DNA of 64,000 nucleotides from Sedimentisphaeraceae bacterium JB056 (GCA_044440125.1 JBITAJ010000028.1:64001-128000), one strand, 5' to 3'. Shown: positions 8,341 to 18,997, counted from the stretch's first letter. The notes: generated by a model not told the origin, from the letters alone. A program made the numbers and translations.

Positions 8341-9711
8341 ATGCTTAATTTGGGTTTTAGCAAAAGCCGCATGAAATTTATGCCGCTTTTGCCGATAGTG
8401 ATAGGTTGTATATGCGCAAGCGCAGGTGCCGAAGAGGTAAATGCGGATTTGAGCAGTGAAGTATCGAGAATTGCCGGCGGACTCAATACCGTTTGGGTTC
8501 TCTTAGGTGCATTTCTCGTGTTTTTCATGCAAGCAGGATTTGGAATGGTTGAAGCCGGATTCATTCGTGCTAAAAACACCTGCAACATTCTTACGAAAAA
8601 CTTCCTTGATTTCTGTATGGCCTCTCTGGGCTTCTTCATTATAGGCTACGCGCTTATGTTTGGAGACGGAAATGGATTCTGCGGTGCAAAAGGATGGTGC
8701 CTTGCAGGTCTTGAAGATAATGTAGGCGGACTTCCATTGTACGCATTCTGGCTTTTCCAGGCCGCATTCTGCGGTGCCGCAGCAACAATTGTTGCAGGTG
8801 GAATGGCTGAAAGAATGAAATTCACAGCATACCTTGTATACACCTTCATCATCTCAGCAATAGTGTATCCTATTGTAGGTCACTGGGTTTGGGGCGGTGG
8901 CTGGCTTAGCGAAATGGGATTCAGCGACTTTGCAGGTTCAGCAGTTGTACACACAACAGGTGGTGTTGCAGCCTTGGTAGGAACAATCATCCTCAAACCT
9001 CGTACCGGCAAATACAGTATTGACGGCAAGCCAAACGTAATATCTGCTCATAACATACCGATTGCATCACTTGGTGTATTCATCCTCTGGTTCGGTTGGT
9101 TTGGATTCAACGCAGGTTCAACACTTGGAGTTGATGACGGTCACACCATCGGCAGAGTTGCAATCAACACTAATATAGCAGCGGCTGCAGGTGGAATAAT
9201 TGCAATGCTTACAGTTTGGAAAAGATTCGGCAAGCCTGATCTTTCAATGGCAATGAACGGTGCTCTGGCAGGTTTGGTAGCAGTAACAGCACCTTGTGCT
9301 TTCATTGACCCATGGGCTGCGATAGTTATTGGCGGTATTGGCGGATGGATTGTTGTCCGCGGCGTTGAACTGCTTGACAAGCTGCAAATAGACGATCCGG
9401 TTGGTGCTTTCCCTGTTCACGGCATGTGCGGTATATGGGGTACTATCAGCATCGGCATATTTGGCAAAGAGGCCCTGGGCCTTCCACACAGTGGACTTGT
9501 TTACGGAATGAACCCGACAATGCTGGGTATACAAATAGTAGGTATTGTGGCAATCGGTGCTTTCGTACTGATATCAATGGGGCTTGTGTTCAAGCTTATA
9601 GATGCGACAATCGGCCTGAGAGTAGCACCGGAAGAAGAGATTCGCGGTCTGGATATAACAGAGCATGGAATGGAATCTTACGGCGGCTTCCAGATATTCA
9701 GCAGCCAGTGA
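8341..9711 (+). CDS. amtB: Ammonium transporter
   Basis: FMQAGF, DFAGSAVVH, ILWFGWFGFNAGS, DDPVGAFPVHG; start may be 8371. Confidence 0.97.
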   Translation: MLNLGFSKSRMKFMPLLPIVIGCICASAGAEEVNADLSSEVSRIAGGLNTVWVLLGAFLVFFMQAGFGMVEAGFIRAKNTCNILTKNFLDFCMASLGFFIIGYALMFGDGNGFCGAKGWCLAGLEDNVGGLPLYAFWLFQAAFCGAAATIVAGGMAERMKFTAYLVYTFIISAIVYPIVGHWVWGGGWLSEMGFSDFAGSAVVHTTGGVAALVGTIILKPRTGKYSIDGKPNVISAHNIPIASLGVFILWFGWFGFNAGSTLGVDDGHTIGRVAINTNIAAAAGGIIAMLTVWKRFGKPDLSMAMNGALAGLVAVTAPCAFIDPWAAIVIGGIGGWIVVRGVELLDKLQIDDPVGAFPVHGMCGIWGTISIGIFGKEALGLPHSGLVYGMNPTMLGIQIVGIVAIGAFVLISMGLVFKLIDATIGLRVAPEEEIRGLDITEHGMESYGGFQIFSSQ

Positions 9712-9777
9712 TAATAATCTAACAGCATTACTTACACAAAAGCCTTAAACGGGTTTGTTTAACAAAAAGGATAAATC

Positions 9778-10119
9778 ATGAAATTAATAGTAGCATATAT
9801 ACAGCCGCATAAGCTTGATGACGTAAAGAAGGCTCTTACAGAAGCCGATGTATGTAAAATGAGTGTAACAAACAGCCTCGGCTGTGGCGCTCAGCAAGGA
9901 TACGAAGAAAGTTATCGCGGTGTTAAATTTGAAGTTAACCTGCTCAAAAAAGTTCGTATAGAGATAGCTGTATCCGAGCCATTCGTAGAAAAAACCGTTG
10001 ATGCAATCATAAAAAGTGCAAGAACCGGTAATATAGGCGATGGCAAGATATTCATACTTGATCTTGGCGAATGCATAAGAATAAGAACAGGTGAACGCGG
10101 CAGAGATGCCATCGGATAA
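9778..10119 (+). CDS. glnK: P-II nitrogen regulatory protein
   Basis: YRG T-loop, [18 protein letters not shown]; adjacent to amtB. Confidence 0.93.
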   Translation: MKLIVAYIQPHKLDDVKKALTEADVCKMSVTNSLGCGAQQGYEESYRGVKFEVNLLKKVRIEIAVSEPFVEKTVDAIIKSARTGNIGDGKIFILDLGECIRIRTGERGRDAIG

Positions 10120-10153
10120 CCTTAAAACGGTTAAATAATCACGACCTCTACAA

Positions 10154-10225
10154 ATGGCCGGAATGACATAAAGGCAAGTTAAAACCCCTTTCCAACTTAG
10201 TCAAGTCATCCGGCCATCTTTTTTT
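10154..10225 (+). terminator. Long hairpin terminator between convergent genes
   Basis: ATGGCCGGA-ATGAC...GTCA-TCCGGCCAT then T run. Confidence 0.65.
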
Positions 10226-10238
10226 ACATCATGATACT

Positions 10239-11303
10239 CTAATTTCTTTCGGGCAATTTACCGCCCATTATCGCACTGACAGGCTGTAAGGTTTCAAACT
10301 GCTCGCATATTATCCTTATAACTGCAGTTATAGGTGCCGCCAAAAACATACCCGGCACGCCCCATATCAGCCCCCAGAAAGACAATGCAAGAAGTATAGT
10401 AACCGGATGAAGCCTCAAGCCTTTACCCATTATTTTAGGTTCTATTACATTACCAATTACAATTTGTATAGCTCCCGGGATTAATATCACCAAGACAATC
10501 ATATATGGATTTTCATATTGAGCTAAAGCTATCGGCAACGGTAAAAATGTGGCAATGATAGACCCTAAAGACGGTATGAAATTCAACAGGAATACTGCAA
10601 AAGCGATGAAGAAGGCAAGATCAAGCTTAAAAAGAGCAAGAACAATACCGACAAGTATAGCAGTCGCAGTTGAAACAGTCAGTTTAGTAGAAATATATTT
10701 ACTGATCTGCATACCCATATCATGATACATACCGCTTGCTTCAGGCCCGTGATTGTACCCGGCAAGCAAGAACATCAGAAAAATTATCACAAGAAATAAA
10801 TTTGTAATAGAGCCAAAAAATGTACCGAATGAAGAAGTTATAATTGACGGTATTTTATTTTTAAGCTGTGCTGTTATATCATCCGTTTGGATTTGGATAT
10901 CCAAACTGGTCATTTTCGCATCAAACCAATCAATCATTTTTACAAATTTATCGCTATACTCAACAGCCTTGCCCGCTACCGCTCCAATAGTACCGGTGAG
11001 GAATAAACAAAGCAGCAGGAAAATAACAAGTAAAATCAAAAACGTTGAAATTATCGCTAATATCCTCGGCATCTTCACCTTGCATATTAGATAGTCGAGC
11101 AAAGGCTTAACAAGCTGTTTTATAAAAATCGCCAGAACAAATGGTATAAGAATAGAACTGGCTATCTTCAATGCAAACGCAAGGGCTATAGCCGCTAAAA
11201 TCACCATTGAAATTGTTGTGATCCAATTTTGCTCAAGCTTGAGCCTGTTGGCATTTTCCTCAAGCACATTATGTAAACGCTCGCTATTTTTAGACATACT
11301 CAT
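10239..11303 (-). CDS. AI-2E family transporter
   Basis: Hydrophobic; LNFIPSLGS, GNVIEPKIMG..L.LHP, FWG.IWG.PGMFLAAPIT. Confidence 0.9.
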   Translation of the reverse strand: MSMSKNSERLHNVLEENANRLKLEQNWITTISMVILAAIALAFALKIASSILIPFVLAIFIKQLVKPLLDYLICKVKMPRILAIISTFLILLVIFLLLCLFLTGTIGAVAGKAVEYSDKFVKMIDWFDAKMTSLDIQIQTDDITAQLKNKIPSIITSSFGTFFGSITNLFLVIIFLMFLLAGYNHGPEASGMYHDMGMQISKYISTKLTVSTATAILVGIVLALFKLDLAFFIAFAVFLLNFIPSLGSIIATFLPLPIALAQYENPYMIVLVILIPGAIQIVIGNVIEPKIMGKGLRLHPVTILLALSFWGLIWGVPGMFLAAPITAVIRIICEQFETLQPVSAIMGGKLPERN

Positions 11304-11333
11304 CCCCTAAGTTTAATGTATTGATACTTAAAA

Positions 11334-12989
11334 CTATTTAAGTAAGGAATCAAACATTTCGCTGCTAAGGCAGTGCCGCAATTTCTGCAAAGCCTGCAAT
11401 TCAATCTGCCTTACTCTTTCTCCACTTATGCCAAGATCGGCGCCTATCTGTTTCATGCTCTTGTAATTTCGTCTTATCAAAGAACCATCAAGACCAAAAT
11501 GACTTCTTATCACATACTGCTCTCTCTCATTAAGATTCTTTGAGATAACAAGATCCAGATCCTCACCGGCCTGCTCTATTGCCGGCACAGCCGCGACATC
11601 ATTACGTCGCATATCACTATGAAGATGGTCGACATCACTGCCGATTGACACCGATTTATCAGGTACTGATTCGGCAAAACTCCTGGTTATAGCCCAGCTT
11701 GCATAAGTCGCAAACCGAAAACCCTTTCTATAATTATAGCCTTCGACAGCTCTCATAAGAGCTACCGTCCCTTCACTTATAAGATCAGAGAAAGTGGCTC
11801 CCTTATTTATATGGTTTCTCGCAATACTGACTACTAACCTTAAATTTGCACATACAAGTATGTTCTTGATTTTCTCCGCTCTTTTAAGCAAACCCTCTAT
11901 TCGACGGATACTCTTAACACCATCGGAATTATTTGATAACTCACAAAGCCTCGATGCTTCAAATTTAGCACAGTTATAAAGCATAAAAAGATCAAGCTCC
12001 TGATCGCGTGTAAGAAGAGGCATGTCGTTTATCTTATTTACATTACCGGGAAGACTCTCCATATCAGCAGGAGATATCTTGAGCTCAGCTTCGGGTGACT
12101 CCGCAAGTATCTTGGCAACTTTTTCTGGATCCTTAAAATCTTCACTGTTTATAAACTGAATTTCAGAAGCGACAAGATATCTTGCCTTTTGCTGATTTAT
12201 AATCCTGTATATGCTGCTCCTTGAACGATTGTAAGCCGTCATCAGGTTTTTAACCGAAGTGCCGTTCTTGTAGGAATTATATATATTGGCAGCTTGGGCC
12301 GGTGTTATTACAGCCGGACTCGTTACAAATTTAGAAGTCAGTGTCTTAAAATTATTAACCAGCGTATACCTTATAGTTTCAACCGCCCTGCCGCTGCAAC
12401 GAGCAACTTCGCGTATAAGTTTCTGTCTGCTCCAACTCGGATGCTGCTGAGCTAAGCTAAGAGTCAATTCCACAACTTCTTTCTTCTGGTCTTCACTAAG
12501 GCGGGAAAAATTACTGCTTTTGTTAACAAGCTCATCATTCTTTTTGAGAAAATCATTTAGGGCTGATTCAAAAATAGCTATTTTGCGTTTTCCATCCTCA
12601 AAAATAAGACTTCTTGAGATAAGTCCTTTTTTTCTCCAGCGATTTATTGTCTTGGCAGAAACATCAAGCTTCTCGGCAAGTTCGTCAATAGTATAAAATT
12701 TCTCCGTTATCATCTGAACCGGCTGAGAGATAGTCTTGCTCATCGAAAGGACAAAACAGGCAAGATCAGACGACAATATTTCTCCGTTTATTAGATGGGG
12801 TGTAGCCTGGGTCTCCGGTCTGTAACCGGTTATCTTATAACAGACAAATTCAAAAGGATATTGCTGCTGGGGTGAAATGATTGCCGACAGCTCCTGGGCA
12901 GTCTCAAGCATTTTAAGCTTCTGTCTTATAGGGCTGAATCTTTCATCAACAAACAGCTGTTGGATAGAACTGTCTTTAAAGTTCATCAT
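11334..12989 (-). CDS. Sigma-70 family sigma factor with long N-terminal HTH-containing extension
   Basis: Region 2 ANLRLVVSIA...DLISEG...GFRFATYASWAI; region 4 IGADLGISGERVRQIELQALQKLR. Confidence 0.9.
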   Translation of the reverse strand: MMNFKDSSIQQLFVDERFSPIRQKLKMLETAQELSAIISPQQQYPFEFVCYKITGYRPETQATPHLINGEILSSDLACFVLSMSKTISQPVQMITEKFYTIDELAEKLDVSAKTINRWRKKGLISRSLIFEDGKRKIAIFESALNDFLKKNDELVNKSSNFSRLSEDQKKEVVELTLSLAQQHPSWSRQKLIREVARCSGRAVETIRYTLVNNFKTLTSKFVTSPAVITPAQAANIYNSYKNGTSVKNLMTAYNRSRSSIYRIINQQKARYLVASEIQFINSEDFKDPEKVAKILAESPEAELKISPADMESLPGNVNKINDMPLLTRDQELDLFMLYNCAKFEASRLCELSNNSDGVKSIRRIEGLLKRAEKIKNILVCANLRLVVSIARNHINKGATFSDLISEGTVALMRAVEGYNYRKGFRFATYASWAITRSFAESVPDKSVSIGSDVDHLHSDMRRNDVAAVPAIEQAGEDLDLVISKNLNEREQYVIRSHFGLDGSLIRRNYKSMKQIGADLGISGERVRQIELQALQKLRHCLSSEMFDSLLK

Positions 12990-13152
12990 AATAAGAAAAT
13001 AGAGAGAATGAAGGCCAAAGACTCAGCCATCATTTCTCTCTACAGTTTTTCTATAAATACGTCAAGTATCCCTTCGATTTCATTCACAGCCACAATACTT
13101 ACTGTTAGCCATGGCTTCATATGAAATTCGCCTCCCTTCTCCTTGATATATT

Positions 13153-14766
13153 TTAATGTTTAAAGTGTCTTTTGCCGGTAAAGACCATTGCTATTCCGGC
13201 CTTATCTGCGGCGGCGATAACCTCGTCATCCTTTTTTGAGCCGCCGGGCTGAACGATACACGCTATGCCGTGTTTCGCGGCATTTTCAATATTGTCAGGG
13301 AATGGGAAGAAAGCATCTGAACCCATCGCAGAACCACCGGCCTTTATGCCGGCTTGCTTGAATGCAATAAGGCCCGACTCAACACGGTTCATCTGACCGG
13401 CTCCAACACCGACAAGTTTCTTTCCATTAACAAGAGTAATCGTATTGCTCTTTACATGCTTTGCCGTTAGCCATGCTATACGAAGATCTTCAAGCTGCTC
13501 TTCGGTAGGCTTTACCTTTGTAGGGAATGTAAGCTGATCGGACTCCCAGCCAACAAGATCTCTTTGCTGAAGAAGCAACCCGCCTGCTATACATCTGACA
13601 TCATATTCAGATGTATTCATATTATCACGACTTATAGGACCTGTTTCAAGCAGGCGAACTCTCTGACCCCAGCCTTTGAGAGTACGAATTGTTTCAATTG
13701 CGTCAGGAGCGAATTCAGGAGCTATTATAACCTCTGCGAAGAATCCACTGGCACCATTTGCTTTTCCGAAACGTGCATATGATTCCATTATTATAGTCGC
13801 AAGATCGTTATCGATCTTTCTGTTTATAGCTATAATACCGCCAAAAGCACTGACAACATCACCCAAGTAAGCCTTCTCATAGGCAACTGCTATGTCTTTA
13901 TCGATAGCACAACCACACGGATTAAGGTGCTTAACCACAACTGCCGCCGGCTCGTCAAATTCTTTAACAAGCTCAAAAGCAGCATTTGCATCAAGCAGGT
14001 TGTTAAAGCTGATATCAGTAACAGAACCCTCAAGCATCTTGGCGTTTCCGATGCAAACTTCATTACTGTCAGGTAAGCGATAGAACGCACCGCTCTGATG
14101 AGGATTTTCGCCATAACGCAATTCCTTAACCCTTTCAATAGCAATGTTCTGCTTTGAAGGATAAGTAATCTCTGCCTGCTGGTTGAGATATTTGCTTATA
14201 GCAGCATCATATGATGCTGTAAGCCCAAAAGCTTTGCGTGCTAATTCACAACGAAGCTTCATAGTTGTAGCACCATCATTTTCTTCCATCTCAGCAAGCA
14301 CTTTCGCATACTGACATGGACTTGTAACAATGGTTACAAACTTATGATTCTTGGATGCGGAGCGAACCATGCTCGGACCGCCGATATCGATATTCTCAAT
14401 GGCATCTTCAAGTGAACAGTCTGGCTTTGCGACAGTCTGCTCGAACGGATAAAGATTTACGCATACCAAATCAATAGCACCAATATCATGCTTCTCCATA
14501 GCTGCTACATGCTCCTCGTTATCACGAAGAGCTAAAAGTCCGCCATGTATTTTCGGATGAAGAGTTTTAACACGTCCATTCATCATCTCAGGAAAATCAG
14601 TAACAGAATCAACACTGGTAACTTCAACACCTGCATCAGCGATAGCCTTTGCCGTACCGCCGGTACTTATTATTTTTACACCTTTGGAACTAAGCTGCTT
14701 TGCAAAATCAACAACTCCGGTTTTATCTGACACGCTAATCAATGCTGTTTTTATCTTAACATTCAT
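13153..14766 (-). CDS. purH: Bifunctional AICAR transformylase/IMP cyclohydrolase
   Basis: ALISVSDKTG, GRVKTLHP, IDIGGPSM, LRYGENPHQ, SDAFFPF, RHFKH. Confidence 0.98.
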   Translation of the reverse strand: MNVKIKTALISVSDKTGVVDFAKQLSSKGVKIISTGGTAKAIADAGVEVTSVDSVTDFPEMMNGRVKTLHPKIHGGLLALRDNEEHVAAMEKHDIGAIDLVCVNLYPFEQTVAKPDCSLEDAIENIDIGGPSMVRSASKNHKFVTIVTSPCQYAKVLAEMEENDGATTMKLRCELARKAFGLTASYDAAISKYLNQQAEITYPSKQNIAIERVKELRYGENPHQSGAFYRLPDSNEVCIGNAKMLEGSVTDISFNNLLDANAAFELVKEFDEPAAVVVKHLNPCGCAIDKDIAVAYEKAYLGDVVSAFGGIIAINRKIDNDLATIIMESYARFGKANGASGFFAEVIIAPEFAPDAIETIRTLKGWGQRVRLLETGPISRDNMNTSEYDVRCIAGGLLLQQRDLVGWESDQLTFPTKVKPTEEQLEDLRIAWLTAKHVKSNTITLVNGKKLVGVGAGQMNRVESGLIAFKQAGIKAGGSAMGSDAFFPFPDNIENAAKHGIACIVQPGGSKKDDEVIAAADKAGIAMVFTGKRHFKH

Positions 14767-14827
14767 ATCTCTATCCATGCTCAATTTATTTTAACAAAAA
14801 AGGATATATATTTGATACCCAACCTAA

Positions 14828-15928
14828 TTACTTGCTGCTTATCTTGGCGAGCTTGCCTTCTTCGCTTAGAACATATATATTATCATCATATATGTTGCGA
14901 CCGCAAATATCAACAGGAGCAAAATTAATCTTGAACTCACTCTTGCCGGTGCGATTATTCATTATACTCAAAAGCTCACCTTCGGTACAAACATAAACAT
15001 CATCACCATTTCTCGCTACAAACGCTACGCCCTCAGGCTCCTGCCAAACGACATCACCTGTCTCAGTATCAAGGGCATACAATCCATTACGGCTTGACTG
15101 CTGATATACATAATCATCATATACGATAGGATTTTTAAGAAGGGAAGAGCCTAAAGGAGCTTTCCACATCAATGTACCAGAAACAGAACTGAGTTTATAA
15201 ACCATTGTATCAAGGCTGCTTATGTAAAGATACTTATCATCCTTAACTATGTCGCCGACTATCTTGGCTGTAGTATTGAAAGCCCAGTATTTTGTTGGTT
15301 CATAAGCCGAAGCGTTGTAAATATTACCCTTTTCGGTAGCAAACCACATGAACTCGTCTTCAACAATCAAAGAAGTGATTTTCGAATCATTGTCCGCTGT
15401 AATCTGGTATTTCAGCCAGTTGCCTTCCCTGTCGTAACAGCTTATTCTGTTATCAAGCCCGGAAACATAAATATAATCATCAGTGAACACTACAGGACAT
15501 ACCGCTGAATTAACAAGCTTCTGTACCATCTTCACAGAAGATGTCTGTGGATCAAGCCTCCAGAGCTCATCACCAACAACAGTATAAAGTGCTCCTTCAT
15601 ACTCTTTCGGTCTCATCATAGGAAGCGAAGGACGGGCAAACTGCTTGATAAAACGGAGTTTACCTTCAAATCTTTCGAAGCAGAATACTGTATTGAGGTC
15701 TGTTATTACATAGACAAACTTTTCAGCAACAATCAGATGATTGATCTTCTCGTTAGATGCAAGAGGAAGGTCATTTTGCCAATCCAGCTTAAGCCCTGCA
15801 CCACTTAGTAAACCTGGAGCAATTATGTCAACTCCGGCATCTTTGGCTATGATGTTTTTCTTAGTACCACTGCAACCGCCAATAATAACAGCAGAGACCA
15901 ACATCCCTAAAACTAAAAATTTTCTCAT
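14828..15928 (-). CDS. PQQ-like beta-propeller lipoprotein (BamB-like)
   Basis: Lipobox IGG-C; repeats such as LYALDTETGDVVW, VYKLSSVSGTLMW. Confidence 0.75.
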   Translation of the reverse strand: MRKFLVLGMLVSAVIIGGCSGTKKNIIAKDAGVDIIAPGLLSGAGLKLDWQNDLPLASNEKINHLIVAEKFVYVITDLNTVFCFERFEGKLRFIKQFARPSLPMMRPKEYEGALYTVVGDELWRLDPQTSSVKMVQKLVNSAVCPVVFTDDYIYVSGLDNRISCYDREGNWLKYQITADNDSKITSLIVEDEFMWFATEKGNIYNASAYEPTKYWAFNTTAKIVGDIVKDDKYLYISSLDTMVYKLSSVSGTLMWKAPLGSSLLKNPIVYDDYVYQQSSRNGLYALDTETGDVVWQEPEGVAFVARNGDDVYVCTEGELLSIMNNRTGKSEFKINFAPVDICGRNIYDDNIYVLSEEGKLAKISSK

Positions 15929-16168
15929 CAGAATACCCTTAATATATAAATACTGTATAATAACATTTAAATATACGCGTAAAAGCTTGCCTGCCTTTGC
16001 TAAACCAAGCGCAAGACAGTCTTTACATAATAAGCCTAAATCCTAACCGGATAAGCCCAAAATTTCAACCAAAATTCATCGTCGAACCGACTTTTTCTTA
16101 CCAGTAGTCTGCATAGCAGGTCACTTAGTCGGCTCAACCCTCAAGCCAATTAAATCTATCTCTAAACT

Positions 16169-16198
16169 AAAAGCGTGAGGAGTTTAGCCCTCACGCTT
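16169..16198 (-). terminator. Terminator downstream of gyrA
   Basis: AAGCGTGAGG-loop-CCTCACGCTT with A run on the left (U run on minus strand). Confidence 0.7.
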
Positions 16199-16219
16199 AT
16201 TCATTCATTATGATTAGTA

Positions 16220-18859
16220 TTACTCTTGCGAAGTATCTGCCTGATCTGAGTCAGAGGCCTCAGCATTGTCTGCTTGAGTCTCAGATGTCGGCTGGTCCTG
16301 CGAATCGGAAACCTGATCGTCAGTCATTTGATCTTCTTCTGACTCTTCATCACGCATGATTCTTGCCGCTGATACTACTGCATCATCGTCGCCAACCTTT
16401 ATCATTCTCACACCGGCAGTGTTTCGGCCGATCTCGCGGAGCTCATCAAGTCCGGTACGAATGATTATTCCGTTGCGTGTAATCATCATAAGCTCATGCA
16501 TATCGGAAACCGGCATCACTGCCACTACTTTTCCGTTTCTCTCGGTCGTCTTGATATTGATTATACCAGAACCACCTCTGGACTGAACGCGGTATTCATC
16601 AGTATTGGTACGTTTTCCGTAGCCGCGTTCGCACACGGTCAGAAGCGAGCAACCCTCTTCGAGAACTACCATACCAACTACCTCGTCATCGCCCTTGAGC
16701 TTAATACCCTTGACACCTCGTGAAACCCTGCCCAGCGGCCTTGCATCATCCTCATGGAATCTAATACTCATGCCGTTCTTAGTGGCCAAAACGATTTCGT
16801 CATCGCCACTGGTCTTGAGTACACTGATAAGATCGTCATCATCATCAAGCTTGATTGCGTTAACGCCGTTAGACCTTATGTTACCATACGCACTAAGCAG
16901 CGTCTTCTTCACAATACCCTTACGGGTAGCAAAAATCAGGTTGCCGCTGTCGAAATCGCGAACGTTGATAATAGACATTATCCTTGAATCACCAAGATCA
17001 AGCAAGTTGACTATATTTCTGCCGCGGCTTTGACGCGATAGACTTGGAAGCTGATAAACCTTTATCCAATAACATCTTCCGTCATCGGTAAACACAATCA
17101 GGTAATCATGTGTTGAAGCAACAAACAGCAGTTCGATAAAGTCGCCGTCTTTGGAATCGCTGCCCATAATTCCACGGCCGCCTCTGCCCTGCCTGCGGTA
17201 AGTATCTATAGGCATACGCTTTATATAGCCTTCATGACTGATAGTCACAACGACTTCTTCTTCCTGAATCAAATCTTCAATGTCGAAATCGGCCGCCGCA
17301 TCGGTTATTTCTGTACGCCTTGTGTCGCCGTATTTGTCCTTGATTTCTCTAAGGTCTTCACGAACAATATCAAGAACAAGCTTATCACTTGCCAATATCG
17401 CTTCGTAACCTTCGATTTCTTCCATCAATGCAGAATATTCTTTAGCAAGTTTCTCAATCTCAAGACCTGTAAGCTTCTGAAGCTGCATCGTGAGAATCGC
17501 ATCAGCCTGAGGACCGGTCAGATATCTGCCTTCAGATATGCTCTGATTGAGGAATCTGTCGGGAAGAAGGTTCCTCAATGTCGCACTTTCGACAAGCTTG
17601 AGAGGCTTCTTCATCAAATTAAGCTTAGCAGTAGGAGCATCAGGCGATTTCTTTATAAGCTCGATTATTTCATCGATATCACTTACAGCAAGAATCAAGC
17701 CTTCGAGTATATGCGCCCTGTTCTGACACTTTCTCAAAAGGAACTGAGTCCTGCGTCTGATAACTATCTTACGGTGCTCAAGATACTCAAGCATAAGCTG
17801 TCGTATATTGAGAATCTCAGGCCTGTTATTTACAAGAGCCACATTATTTATAGCAAATGTAGTTGAAAGCTGCGTATACTTAAACAGTTTATTAACAACA
17901 ACTTCCGGCTCAACATCTTTCTTGAGCTCAACTACAATTCTAAGACCTTTACGGTCAGACTCATCATTAACATCCGCAATCTCAGGGATTATACCTCCAT
18001 GAACGCAGTCAGCTATCTTGGAGACGATATTGGTCTTAACAACCATGTACGGAATCTCCGTGATAATTATCTTATCACGGCTCTTGGTATTCTCCTCAAT
18101 CTCGTATTTACAGCGAAGTGTAATATGTCCCTTACCCTTGGAGAATGCATCCAGTATGCCTTTTCTACCGCAGATTATACCACCAGTCGGGAAATCCGGC
18201 CCCGGCATAACTTCCATAATATCGGCAAGACCGCAGTCAGGATTGTCTATAATCATCATCAACGCGTCACAAACCTCAGTAAGGTTGTGAGGGGCCATGT
18301 TTGTGGCCATACCAACCGCAATACCGGTAGAACCATTCACCAGCAAGTTTGGAAACTTTGATGGAAGAACAACCGGCTCAGTCCTTGTCTCATCATAGTT
18401 CTGGATATAATCGACAGTATCTTTCTTGAGATCCTCAAGCATGTCTGTCGCCGTGGCGAACATACGGGCCTCGGTATAACGCATAGCAGCAGGCGGGTCG
18501 CCGTCAATACTTCCGAAATTACCCTGCGGATCAACAAGTTTATATCGCATATTCCAGCCCTGTCCCATTCGGACAAGAGTCGGATAAACAACACTTTCGC
18601 CGTGAGGGTGGTAGTTACCACTGGTATCACCGGCAATCTTGGCACATTTCCTGTGTTTGCTTCGCGGGCCAAGATTAAGATCATTCATAGCAACCAGAAT
18701 TCGTCTTTGAGACGGCTTAAGACCATCACGAACGTCTGGAAGAGCACGAGATACGATAACACTCATAGCATAGTTGAGATATGAGTTTTTCATCTCATGC
18801 AGGATAGGCATATCCTCAAATTTTTCTAAAACTTGAGTTTCATTATTTACTTCTGACAT
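16220..18859 (-). CDS. gyrA: DNA gyrase subunit A
   Basis: YHPHGE, AAMRYTE catalytic Tyr, GyrA box QGRGGRG, C-terminal pinwheel repeats, acidic tail. Confidence 0.98.
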   Translation of the reverse strand: MSEVNNETQVLEKFEDMPILHEMKNSYLNYAMSVIVSRALPDVRDGLKPSQRRILVAMNDLNLGPRSKHRKCAKIAGDTSGNYHPHGESVVYPTLVRMGQGWNMRYKLVDPQGNFGSIDGDPPAAMRYTEARMFATATDMLEDLKKDTVDYIQNYDETRTEPVVLPSKFPNLLVNGSTGIAVGMATNMAPHNLTEVCDALMMIIDNPDCGLADIMEVMPGPDFPTGGIICGRKGILDAFSKGKGHITLRCKYEIEENTKSRDKIIITEIPYMVVKTNIVSKIADCVHGGIIPEIADVNDESDRKGLRIVVELKKDVEPEVVVNKLFKYTQLSTTFAINNVALVNNRPEILNIRQLMLEYLEHRKIVIRRRTQFLLRKCQNRAHILEGLILAVSDIDEIIELIKKSPDAPTAKLNLMKKPLKLVESATLRNLLPDRFLNQSISEGRYLTGPQADAILTMQLQKLTGLEIEKLAKEYSALMEEIEGYEAILASDKLVLDIVREDLREIKDKYGDTRRTEITDAAADFDIEDLIQEEEVVVTISHEGYIKRMPIDTYRRQGRGGRGIMGSDSKDGDFIELLFVASTHDYLIVFTDDGRCYWIKVYQLPSLSRQSRGRNIVNLLDLGDSRIMSIINVRDFDSGNLIFATRKGIVKKTLLSAYGNIRSNGVNAIKLDDDDDLISVLKTSGDDEIVLATKNGMSIRFHEDDARPLGRVSRGVKGIKLKGDDEVVGMVVLEEGCSLLTVCERGYGKRTNTDEYRVQSRGGSGIINIKTTERNGKVVAVMPVSDMHELMMITRNGIIIRTGLDELREIGRNTAGVRMIKVGDDDAVVSAARIMRDEESEEDQMTDDQVSDSQDQPTSETQADNAEASDSDQADTSQE

Positions 18860-18997
18860 AAGTTGTGTTTACTCCAGGATTTAATGAGTCGAAACCAATC
18901 GACTTTGTAACAATTTTTAACTCTGCAGGCAGCAACAATGCCAACTATAAAACAGCATTAGTCAAACTATCGGCCACACTACAAAATCAGGTCTCTA

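Noticed and set aside
14767..14827. ZMP/ZTP riboswitch before purH
   Set aside because: The spacer is only about 60 nt, AT-rich, and lacks the motif.
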